This document shows, in pieces, positions 54,221 through 63,458 of a stretch of 63,458 bases of DNA (the stretch's first letter is position 1; the number at the start of each line of letters is the position of its first letter). The stretch is from Bacteroidota bacterium (GTDB lineage: Bacteria; Bacteroidota; Bacteroidia; Bacteroidales; CAIXZF01), in NCBI GenBank assembly GCA_026391855.1, contig JAPLDE010000155.1:3369-66826 (forward strand), written 5' to 3'. Position numbers and translations under genes: made by a program. Under the pieces are notes generated by a model. It ran no database searches and was not told the DNA's origin. It saw only the letters and a list, made by a program, of their open reading frames with translations.

Positions 54221-57200
54221 CTAGTCAGGCAGGTTATCAGGTATTTTTGGGTTTGATTTTTTCCTTTTCCTGAATAATTCTGCCAGGTCATCAAATTCTT
54301 TTCTAAAAAAGATACCTACTCCCTGTGTATAAGGAGCATTATTTTCAAATAATGAAACATTGTTGGACTTATTAAAGGCCTTTACCCTGAAACGGCCGTC
54401 ATCAGTCAGCTTCACTTCGATTTTTACATCACCGACAATATTACTGGCATTTTGCTGGGTGGTACCTGGGTTTTTTGTGGCGGCCGCGTATCCGAAATTG
54501 CCGTCTATTGTCACTCTTTCGTCAAATAACTGGGTGGAAAGGGCCACGGTTAGCTCATCGCTGGTGAGCCGGTCACCCGGTTTGTAGTTTACTCCGACGT
54601 CGAAATCATTGCTGATCTGCGAAAGCCAGCTGTTCAGCTGACTCGATAATATGTCCCAGGAGGAGTTTCCAACACTGGCATTAAAATCGAGCTGATTGCT
54701 CCTTTCAATGGGTTTAAACTGCCTGAGGACCAGCAGGAATATCATCTGCTCGCTCATTTGCTGCTGGTTATTGGTATCGATCTGGGCGGATCCTTTTCGC
54801 TGGTGGCAATTTTAAAGGTTAGTTCCGGGTTGAACAAGTTTCCCTTCAGATCGATAATGCACCGGATCGGGATCTTTTTCTTCAGGTTTTGAAGCTGATC
54901 GGCGCTAAGCCTGAGACCGGTAAGGGGGACATCGATCACATACTGGGCCCGCAGATCAAGCTGGGTATCATATGGATCACCTGAAAACATGATGGTTCCT
55001 CCCTGCTGGATCTCAAAATAGCGGTTAATAACATTCTGGAGGGTAAAAAGGAAAGAACCGTCTTTTACGCGGTAATCCCCGTAGATATTGAACTGACCCC
55101 TGGTATTAAGTAAAAGTTTCAGTTTTCCTGAGCCTGTTGTCTTGATATTGCCCATGTCGAAAGGCATAAAGATCTTGATGGATGCATCCGGAGTTACGTT
55201 AAGATCGAAATTCACCCCGATACCCGTATCATCCACCAGCTGCTGATGGAGCCGGTGGACGGTATCGGTCCTGGCATTGGTAAAGGTAATAAAGGCGTTT
55301 TCAGATACATCCATTGTAGTATTAATAGGCAGGTAAACCTGGGTGCCTTTACAGGTTTTAGCTGTAATATCGATAACAATATTATCAACCGGACCATGAA
55401 TGTGGACATTCCCTGAGGCAAAACCTCTTCCGTAAAACAGGTCATTGTCTGCTCTTTCTGTATTCAAAACCAGGGTATTATTTGGTTTCACGGTAATGTC
55501 AACCCTGAAACGGTAGAAATAATCATGGTAGATCTTACCCTCAATAGTAGCTTTATTACCCAATGAATCATAGGCTACCAATTCGTTCAACCCGATAAAA
55601 TTTCTGCCGAATTCAACCTCATTGCTGAAAGAATATTCAGTGTTCAGGTAATCGATCCGGATGAGGCCTCTTTTCACATTGACCTTACCGGTGAGTACAG
55701 GTTTTGCAAAACTCCCTTTTAAAGTAAGGTCACCAGTGGCATACCCGGTAAATTTGGAGGTGAAGGCCGACAGGAAATTGGAGATGGTCCTCAGTTTAAA
55801 GTCACTGATCTTAATATTGAAATCCAGGTTGTTATCCCTTTTATCGGGATAATAATATCCATCCAGCTGAAGGGGTTTGCTTTCACCTATATTTCCTCTG
55901 TAAATGATATCAACCCTGGCATACACCGCCTTCATATCCGGTATCCAATTGGTTGAAATGACGGCGTTCCCCAATTTGTCTTTATTGAAAGCCAGCCCAT
56001 GAACGGTCAGGTTAGTGCTGATAATTGGTATTTTCATCAGGTTCCTTACTTCGATCTTACCGCTTATTAACCCATCAAAATCAACATCCTGGTCAAGGGT
56101 AAGAATATCAAAATTTGACAAGTCGAAGCCATCAAGGCTGATATCCATCGGTTTCTGGGGATCAGGGGAAATTTCACCATCCAGCTTTATTTTTTCGGAA
56201 CCACTTACAAACAGCAGGTTGTCGATCCGGATGGAGGTGGAGTCAATAGTAACCAAATTGTTATCAGGAATGATCCAGAGGGAATCGTTAACGATGGTTT
56301 TGGATGGGTTGAAATGAAACCGGTATATATCATGCTGAATGAGTGAGAGATAACCCTTAAGGTCGCCGGAGTTTTTAACTTTTTGATTCTCGTTCTGCCA
56401 GTTCACAGAGAAACTGACCGTGTCATTTCCAGCTTTGGATTCCAGAACTAATCTGTCGAGCCCAAGGCTGTCGGACAGGTCAAGGTGTTCGCAGGCTGTT
56501 TTAATACCCATCTTTCCGGCAGAGAAAGATGCGTCCATTGACCAGCCGGACAGGTGGACCCCGCTGACGTCAATCCAACCTGCATCAGCGTGGAAGGCAG
56601 TGATGTTTTCTGATGGATTATACGTGCCGTGCAACTCGGATCGCGGGGCCAGCTTAACAATAGGCAGGAACATCCGAGAGAAAGGGTCGGTGTTTTTAAG
56701 AAGGGCTTTGAAAACAAACCGGGGATTGTTTTTCACAGGTTCAAGGTTCTGATTCCGGAAAAGAGCAGGGAGGTAGCCGGCTATCATGTTTTTGAAAGAA
56801 GGGAGAATTTCCTCCCAGGTAAACGATCCGTTCAGGGAGGCATCCACAAAATCGGAATTCAGCAGGATGTTTTTTGCACCGTTTTCTACCGGCGTGACAC
56901 TAAAATCCATTCTGTTCATAAAATACCGGGAGCGGTTCATCCTGAATGTTGTTGAATCGAGTCGAAGTGACCCGGTAATGCTGTCAGGGTCGATACCCTC
57001 AACATGAGCAGTGAGATTAGTGGCTATACTCATGACTGAATCGCTGTGTGTGAGGTTTAAGCTGTTCAGGGAGGCATTTTTAATGAGGGCTGTAAAATCG
57101 AAAACGGGATGGATTTTATTCAGGTTGACCGAGCCGTCGAAATCCATTTCCAGGCGGTTGTCCCTCACCATCAGGTTCCCGCTGAAGGTCCTGTTGATGA

Positions 57201-58680
57201 ATCCGCCTGAAATCCTGACTTCCCTGAAATTGTTGTTTTTGAAGTAGATGGAGTCGATTATCCCGTCAATGTTCAGGATGAGGTTATCCAGGCTGAGACC
57301 TGAACCGGTGAGGGTTGCCTCAAGATTACATTTGCCCAGGTCTTTCTGTCCCAACAGCTGGCCGATATTGAATTCTTTGGCTTTAACGTTACCGCTGTAT
57401 TCAATGTTTCCTTCCTTTGCATTGCTTTTTAGAGAAAGGTCAGTGAAAACAGAACCGATCTCTGAATTAAACTGGGCATAGGAAACAAAATCATTGAAAA
57501 ACCCGGTAAAATTTCCTTTTACCCTGATGTTTCCCATTTGCACTATTTGTTCAGGAACAGAGAGTTTTGCTCCGCCCGGAAGACTGATGTTGTTCAGATC
57601 GTAATGGGTTGTGTTGAACTCTTTAATCACAAGCTGAATAAAGGTTTCCTCAATATCTGGCAATCCTTTGAGCCGGATATTGCCTCTGAATCGGGTAAAG
57701 GTCCCATACTCGAACCTGAAATCTTTCATTTTCAGGTTATTAATCTTGCCTTCCACCTCTCCGTCGATGATCAGGTGCTCCTCCATCCCCTTCATTTCCG
57801 GGACAAAATACACCAGGTCTTTCATATCAACATCAGAAGGCAACAAGTAGGCCTTTATATCAACTTTATCAACAAAATCATTAAAGTCAGCCAGTTCATC
57901 AAACCTGAAAGAGAGGTCTGTTTCGATATTTGAATAGGTTGTACGAAGATTGAAATCTTTAAGTGTAATTTGTTTTGAGGAAAAAAAGACCGCAGCATTC
58001 ATCTTCACTATCCTGAACCCGCTTTTATCAATCAATGCGACCTGTTCGATCCTTGTCGTAATAGTATCGTTGTTGATAGTGATATCCTTGAGAATGAGGT
58101 TGATATGATTCAGGTCCAGGTGGGCTACATTCACTCCTTTCAAAGTATCGGGCTGATGGGCATCATTCAGACGGAACCGGGAGTCTCTCAGGCTAACCCC
58201 TTTTACATAAACTTTCCATGGTTTGCGGTTGGGATTAGTGGTGGTATCGGAAGATGCAAAATAATGCAGAAGGTATTGGATATTATAGGTACTGTCGGTC
58301 ATTTTTCGGTTAAGCGAAAAGAAGGCCCGATCGAGCGTGATGCTGTTTATATTAAGGTCATGTCTGCGATAGTGCAGCTTGTCGACATCCAGAATGATCT
58401 TTGGTGCAAAAAGCAGGGTGTCATGGTCCTGACCCCCCACGTAAACTCCTTCCAGCACCACATCCAGAAACCAAGAAACATCAATTCCGGTGATGTGGAT
58501 ATCTGTTTTCAGTTCCTTTGAGAGATAAGTGGTAACTTTTCCGGCTAAGTAGGTCTGGACATTTTTAGTCCGGAGGAAGCCATACAGGATCAATGGCAGG
58601 ATAACCACGAAAAACAGCAGGATCAGGCTCAAAATGACCCATCGTTTTCTGATCAGCTTATTTATGGGTACTTTTGCCAA
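54221..58680 (-). CDS. tamB: TamB/AsmA-like translocation and assembly module protein, frameshifted near 54786
   Basis: N-terminal TM and long beta-rich body; the C-terminal part (GDVKIEVKLT.DG.FRVKAFN, YTQGVGI) is in a different frame at 54221-54757. Confidence 0.85.
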
Positions 58681-58693
58681 GTTAAAAACAGAA

Positions 58694-59710
58694 GTGTTGG
58701 TTTATATACTGGGAATAGAATCTTCTTGTGATGACACAGCGGCTGCGATAACGGGAGACACCAAAATCCTTGCCAACATCATTGCAAATCAGCAAATACA
58801 CAGGCATTTCGGTGGTGTGGTCCCCGAATGGGCGTCCCGGGCTCACCAGCAAAACATCATCCCCGTGGTTGAGGTTGCACTTCAACAGGCTAATATAAGC
58901 AAAGATCAGTTGCATGCCATTGCGTTTACCAGGGGGCCGGGTTTACTCGGGTCATTATTGGTTGGTACGTCATTTGCCAAAGCATTTTCGCTGGGTTTAG
59001 ATATTCCACTTATTGATGTTGACCATCTCCAGGCCCATATTCTGGCTCATTTTATTCAAAAAGAGGACCGGCAAAACACCATGCCGGCATTTCCTTTCCT
59101 GTGTCTGACCGTCTCCGGTGGTCACACTCAAATTGTCCTGGTAACCGGTCATTTTGAAATGAAGATCATTGGTCATACATTAGATGATGCTGCCGGCGAA
59201 ACATTTGACAAGGCGGCAAAAATCATGGGCTTACCATACCCCGGCGGCCCTGTGATAGATCAGTTGGCCATGGAAGGAAACCCGAATGCTTTCTCGTTTT
59301 CCGAATCAAACATTCCCGGTTTGAACTATAGTTTCAGCGGACTGAAAACCAGCTTTCTGTATTTTTTACGGGATCAGCTGAAAAAAGATGCCGGTTTCAT
59401 TGAAAATAATAAGGCAGACCTGAGTGCTTCTATCCAGCATTGTATCGTTAACTCCCTGCTGAAAAAGCTGATCATGGCTTCCCGGCAGACGGGAATCAGA
59501 GAAATTGCCATTTCCGGGGGCGTCTCGGCAAACTCCTACCTGCAACAGATGCTTCGTAAAACAGGGGAAGAAATGGGCTGGAAGATTTTTATTCCTGCCT
59601 TCAGCTATTCTACGGATAATGCGGCAATGGTTGCTGTTACAGGATATTTTAAGTACCTGAAGGGCGATTTTTGCGGCCTTGACCTCGTCCCTTATTCAAG
59701 ACAGGGTTAG
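58694..59710 (+). CDS. tsaD: tRNA t6A threonylcarbamoyltransferase TsaD
   Basis: ILGIESSCDDT, GPGL, HLQAH, VSGGHT, DDAAGE.FDK, TDNAAM; likely start at or near GTG 58694. Confidence 0.95.
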   Translation: MLVYILGIESSCDDTAAAITGDTKILANIIANQQIHRHFGGVVPEWASRAHQQNIIPVVEVALQQANISKDQLHAIAFTRGPGLLGSLLVGTSFAKAFSLGLDIPLIDVDHLQAHILAHFIQKEDRQNTMPAFPFLCLTVSGGHTQIVLVTGHFEMKIIGHTLDDAAGETFDKAAKIMGLPYPGGPVIDQLAMEGNPNAFSFSESNIPGLNYSFSGLKTSFLYFLRDQLKKDAGFIENNKADLSASIQHCIVNSLLKKLIMASRQTGIREIAISGGVSANSYLQQMLRKTGEEMGWKIFIPAFSYSTDNAAMVAVTGYFKYLKGDFCGLDLVPYSRQG

Positions 59711-59749
59711 GTTTTGAGTGTAAGGTTGAAAAAATAATCAATACAACAT

Positions 59750-59779
59750 TAAACCTTTTGCCATTACCACCATCCAATA
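59750..59779 (+). promoter_or_regulatory. Putative ECF-sigma promoter, copy 1
   Basis: TAAACCTTTT-N11-CATCCAATA; same architecture at 60403. Confidence 0.6.
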
Positions 59780-59853
59780 TTCCAAACTCCTTTCACAAAA
59801 AAAAGTTTGATCGCTAAGCTGAAAGATCTGTACGCCAATAACTTGCTTTGCTT

Positions 59854-60405
59854 ATGCCCTTCCCAACAGATCCGGAGTTGATAAACTATCTTCGGGACCC
59901 CGAAAGACTCAATGAAGGTTTCCGGCTGCTTTTACAGAAGTACCAGCAGCGAATCTACTGGCAAATACGTAGAATGGTCCTTTCGCATGAGGATACAGAT
60001 GACATCGTCCAGAATGTTTTCCTGAAGGTCTTCAAGCACATACATAACTTCAGGGAAGACTCCTCTCTGTTTACCTGGATCTACAGGATCACGGTCAATG
60101 AAACCCTTAACTTCCTGAAAACCAAAAGACGGTATACTTTTTTTTCGTTCGACAGTATGTCTCATCAATTAAACGAACAACTTGCAGAAAATCAACATTT
60201 TACAGGGTCACAGATCCAGCAGAAACTCCAGAAGGCTATCCTTTCGTTGCCTGATAAACAACGACTGGTTTTCAATATGAAATACTTTGATGAGAACCTT
60301 ACTTTTGAGGATTTGTCAGCTATACTTGACACTTCCGTGGGAGGTTTAAAAGCTTCTTATCATCATGCCGTAAAAAAAATTGAAAAAAGAATGAAGGAAG
60401 AATAA
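59854..60405 (+). CDS. ECF sigma-70 factor
   Basis: DDIVQNVFLKV, LFTWIYRITVNE, LPDKQRLVF, SVGGLKASYHHA. Confidence 0.93.
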   Translation: MPFPTDPELINYLRDPERLNEGFRLLLQKYQQRIYWQIRRMVLSHEDTDDIVQNVFLKVFKHIHNFREDSSLFTWIYRITVNETLNFLKTKRRYTFFSFDSMSHQLNEQLAENQHFTGSQIQQKLQKAILSLPDKQRLVFNMKYFDENLTFEDLSAILDTSVGGLKASYHHAVKKIEKRMKEE

Positions 60406-60432
60406 ACCTTTTTGGTTGAGGAGCATCTAATA
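60403..60432 (+). promoter_or_regulatory. Putative ECF-sigma promoter, copy 2
   Basis: TAAACCTTTT-N11-CATCTAATA overlapping the sigma stop codon. Confidence 0.6.
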
Positions 60433-60449
60433 CTTTGTATTACGGAACC

Positions 60450-60998
60450 ATGAAATATATCAAGCATACGCGGACAGACCAGGTGAAAGAAATCAATAAA
60501 AAAGTGAATTCTCTTCTGGATAACAGACAGCTGAGAGAAAACCCTTTTTCAGTGCCGGAAAATTATTTTGAGAAGTTGCCGCAACGGATAGAATCCAGGC
60601 TGAAAGAAGCAGGAAGGATAACGACGGAGGTCCACAACCGGTCCCATTCCTTACATCCCTGGTTATATGCTGCTGCTGCCGTTTTTGCCTTTGGACTTGT
60701 CGCATTCTTTCTTTTTCTGGCAAAGGAAAGAAGTCACCCGTCAATCACCTCTCCAGCCCTGACCCAGGCTCTGTCGAAACACCCGAAAGAAACCGGGGCA
60801 CTTACCAGTCAGGTTACCGGTTCAACGCTCAACCAACATAACGATCTGTCCGATACCGATGATGTAAATATCGGGACAACAAACAGTTATATTGAAAATA
60901 GCTATACTCGTGTGAAACCGGAAGACCAACTTTCCGATGATGATATTATTAATTATTTACTGGAAGAAGATATTGACCTAACTGATCTGATAAATTAA
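60450..60998 (+). CDS. Putative anti-sigma factor (single TM)
   Basis: NPFSVPENYFE motif, TM YAAAAVF, directly downstream of the ECF sigma. Confidence 0.75.
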   Translation: MKYIKHTRTDQVKEINKKVNSLLDNRQLRENPFSVPENYFEKLPQRIESRLKEAGRITTEVHNRSHSLHPWLYAAAAVFAFGLVAFFLFLAKERSHPSITSPALTQALSKHPKETGALTSQVTGSTLNQHNDLSDTDDVNIGTTNSYIENSYTRVKPEDQLSDDDIINYLLEEDIDLTDLIN

Positions 60999-61003
60999 AT
61001 AAA

Positions 61004-61561
61004 ATGAAAACACTGAAAAAAGTTGCCATTACGATGGTCCTGCTATCTGCCTTACTGATGATATCTGTTACGACTGTAGTCGGGCAAAAAGGACCTAAGA
61101 AGAAATTAAGAGATAAGATTGAAGCCCAGCAAATCACTTTTCTTACCCATGAACTACAATTAACCCCCGCGGAGGCTAAGACCTTCTGGCCTGTATATGA
61201 AGAATTCCGGGGAAAAAGGGAGGTTATTCTTAAGGACCAGAGAAAGAAATTCGGCGATTTGAAGGAAGACGAAGACAGCCTGTCGGAAAAACAGCTCAAG
61301 GAATTGGCTGACAGCCAGATCATCCTTGAACAAAGACTGCTTGATCTGAAAAAAGAATATCATGCCAGGTTCATGTCAATTCTTCCTCCCCGGAAAGTGA
61401 TACGGTTGTATGAAGCCGAAAAGGACTTCAGGAGGGAAATGTTGAAAAAGCTAAGAGACAGGAGGGGAGACAGAGGTGATAGGGGTGAAAGGGGTGATAG
61501 AGGTGGTGACAGGGGGGAAGGAGGAGTCAATCCTCCGAAGCCACCACCACCACCCAGATAG
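61004..61561 (+). CDS. Periplasmic Spy/CpxP-like partner of the ECF module
   Basis: Signal peptide; FLTHELQLTPAEAKTFWPVY; LYEAE.DF. Confidence 0.75.
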   Translation: MKTLKKVAITMVLLSALLMISVTTVVGQKGPKKKLRDKIEAQQITFLTHELQLTPAEAKTFWPVYEEFRGKREVILKDQRKKFGDLKEDEDSLSEKQLKELADSQIILEQRLLDLKKEYHARFMSILPPRKVIRLYEAEKDFRREMLKKLRDRRGDRGDRGERGDRGGDRGEGGVNPPKPPPPPR

Positions 61562-61580
61562 GATTATCGGACCTGATGTA

Positions 61581-61612
61581 AAAGTGACCCCACCGACGGG
61601 GTCATTTTTTTT
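61581..61612 (+). terminator. Intrinsic terminator of the ECF operon
   Basis: TGACCCC-ACCGAC-GGGGTCA followed by a T-run. Confidence 0.85.
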
Positions 61613-61642
61613 GTGCTATTTTTGCCGGTATTATCTGATCAG

Positions 61643-62260
61643 ATGGATTTACCCCAGATGACGGGCCTGCTCGTTCAAAACCTCAGAAATACCGGCCTTC
61701 CCGAAGTTTTTGCCGTGATCACCGGATTGCTCAGCGTTTGGTATGCCCGTAAGGAAAACATTCTGGTTTACCCGGTTGGCATTGTCAGTGTTCTGATATA
61801 TGTGTACCTGTGTTATCATGCCGGGCTTTACGCCGATATGGGGATCAATGCTTTTTATTTTGTTATGAGTCTTTATGGGTGGTATATCTGGACAAGGAGA
61901 GACAAGGTTAGCCATGAGGTCAGGCCTGTTGCCTGGGCCGGGTTCAGACTTAACCTGGCCGGAATTCTTGCTGTGGTCATCTTTTCCTTCGTACTGTACT
62001 GGATATTATCATGTTACACCGACAGTACTGTCCCGGTCCTGGATTCCTTCACCACATCAATTTTTATTACAGGGATGTGGTTCATGGCGTTAAAAAAGAT
62101 TGAAAACTGGATCTACTGGATCATCGGAGATATTATTTGCATTTTTTTATTTCCATATAAAGGACTGGTGTTTTCAGGCCTGCAGTACCTGGTGTTTCTT
62201 ATCTTAGCGGTGGCCGGACTTGTTGAATGGATAAGAAAAGAAAGAAAACTGACCTTATGA
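61643..62260 (+). CDS. pnuC: Nicotinamide riboside transporter PnuC
   Basis: YGWYIW, DSFTT, KKIENWIYWI; TAnnTTTG at 61617-61624. Confidence 0.9.
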   Translation: MDLPQMTGLLVQNLRNTGLPEVFAVITGLLSVWYARKENILVYPVGIVSVLIYVYLCYHAGLYADMGINAFYFVMSLYGWYIWTRRDKVSHEVRPVAWAGFRLNLAGILAVVIFSFVLYWILSCYTDSTVPVLDSFTTSIFITGMWFMALKKIENWIYWIIGDIICIFLFPYKGLVFSGLQYLVFLILAVAGLVEWIRKERKLTL

Positions 62261-62772
62261 TAAGAAAAATTGCCATCACAGGTCCTGAATCTACCGGTAA
62301 ATCTGCATTGGCAGCCTTGCTGGCCGATCACTACCAAACCGTTTGGGTACCCGAATATGCCAGGGAGTACCTCGATAAAAAGGGACCTGATTATCAGCTT
62401 AAAGATATTCTGCAGATTGCAAAGAGTCAACTGGCCAGCGAAAAGAACATGGCGATCAAAGCCAATGGCTGGTTATTCTGTGATACCGAACTGATCGTAA
62501 CCAAAATATGGGCAGAGTATGTTTACAAAACCTGTCCTTCCTGGATAGAACAACAGTTGGAAAAACAGGATCATGACCTATACCTGCTTTGCGATATCGA
62601 TATTCCCTGGGAACCTGATCCCCTGCGTGAACATCCCGGACTCCGGCAGTTTTTTTTCGACTGGTTTTATAAGGAACTGAAAACCAGGAATAAACCCTTT
62701 GAAGTGGTGAGCGGACTTGGGATTGAAAGGGTTTCAAATGCAATAAAACTGATTACTCAACGCTTTCATTGA
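62257..62772 (+). CDS. NadR-type ATPase/kinase (AAA_28)
   Basis: ITGPESTGKS, VPEYAREY, FCDT, WEPDPLRE; ATGA overlap with pnuC. Confidence 0.88.
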   Translation: MIRKIAITGPESTGKSALAALLADHYQTVWVPEYAREYLDKKGPDYQLKDILQIAKSQLASEKNMAIKANGWLFCDTELIVTKIWAEYVYKTCPSWIEQQLEKQDHDLYLLCDIDIPWEPDPLREHPGLRQFFFDWFYKELKTRNKPFEVVSGLGIERVSNAIKLITQRFH

Positions 62773-62809
62773 CAATACGATAAAACCATTTCATCCTGTT
62801 TATGCACTT

Positions 62810-63458
62810 ATGATACTTTTTCTTCCCAAGTGGTATCCTTCCCGGCTCGATCCCCAACTGGGTGTTTTTGTGCAAAAGCATGCCAGGGCTGTATCCCTGT
62901 ATGAAAAAGTGGTTGTATTATCTGTTCAGGGAGATACCGGTCTTAAAAAATCATACTTATACACAGAATCCCGGGAAGGAAACCTTTACGAGGTCATTAT
63001 ATATTTCAAAAAAAAGCCTGATACTAAAAAGCTTTGCATTAATGCCTGGCATTATCTGAAGGCAGTTAGAAAAGGTCTTTACATGATCAAAACCAAGCAT
63101 GGGATACCGGCCCTTATCCATACCCATGTGTTGCTTCGACCGGTTCTGCTGGCCTGGTGGCTGGGAAAGAAGTATGGTATCCCTTTTATTCTTACGGAGC
63201 ACTGGACTGGTTTTATTTATGGAGCGTATGTCGGCAAACCAGGATATTACCGGTGGATATGTTCAAGGTTGGTGAGCCGGGCTGCCGCTGTAACAGCGGT
63301 TTCCCCGGCCTTACTGGAAGCATTAAAGAAAAACAGGCTGCATAATCCAAAGATGGTAGTGATCCCCAATGTAGTGGAGGTCAGCATGCCGGATTTCTCA
63401 GGGAGAAAGGCAAATGATAAGATAAGGATACTGACAGTGGCTGACCTGGTTGAAAGAA
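62810..63458 (+). CDS. Glycosyltransferase family 4, partial (runs off the right edge)
   Basis: Not in the ORF track. Manual translation MILFLPKWYP...GVFVQKHA...IHTH...PFILTEHW...TAVS...VIPNVV, open to the window end. Confidence 0.85.
   Translation, partial: MILFLPKWYPSRLDPQLGVFVQKHARAVSLYEKVVVLSVQGDTGLKKSYLYTESREGNLYEVIIYFKKKPDTKKLCINAWHYLKAVRKGLYMIKTKHGIPALIHTHVLLRPVLLAWWLGKKYGIPFILTEHWTGFIYGAYVGKPGYYRWICSRLVSRAAAVTAVSPALLEALKKNRLHNPKMVVIPNVVEVSMPDFSGRKANDKIRILTVADLVER

Noticed and set aside
58634-58693. Overlap of tsaD and tamB 5' ends
   Set aside because: The overlap disappears if tsaD starts at about 58694, which fits the TACTTTTG element at 58669-58676
58820-58840. TsaD VVPEWASR instead of VVPELASR
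   Set aside because: A single substitution that cannot be distinguished from natural variation or base error

Overview
This is a chromosomal segment of an anaerobic Bacteroidota (Bacteroidales-like) genome. The assignment rests on T9SS cargo proteins, TAnnTTTG promoters, a Bacteroidota-type short RpoD, and the presence of FprA, a rubrerythrin-like protein and futalosine-pathway MqnA. Most genes are housekeeping or envelope genes: gdhA, parC, split transketolase, ychF, phosphomannomutase, mltG, dapF, htrA, rpoD, gap, pyrG, yidC, ribBA, tamB, tsaD, an ECF sigma module and pnuC/NadR-like. No rRNA, tRNA, CRISPR array or intact mobile element was found. The most notable items are: (1) a secreted YdjY-like plus QW-repeat prenyltransferase/squalene-cyclase-fold gene pair; (2) an AmrB-AmrA (MEMO1-AMMECR1) fusion with an apparent signal peptide, divergent from a membrane spermidine-synthase-like gene; (3) a T9SS-cargo-like protein ending in a dockerin-like module instead of a T9SS CTD; (4) an unannotated trypsin-like protein lacking its catalytic His and Asp; (5) a RelE toxin split at an A_AAA_AAC slippery site; (6) dispersed GTAG-type REP palindromes and 7/8/9-bp tandem repeats; (7) seven deletion-type lesions, several in normally essential genes, which most probably indicate local misassembly. 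All family calls come from motif recognition by eye; no database searches were run.
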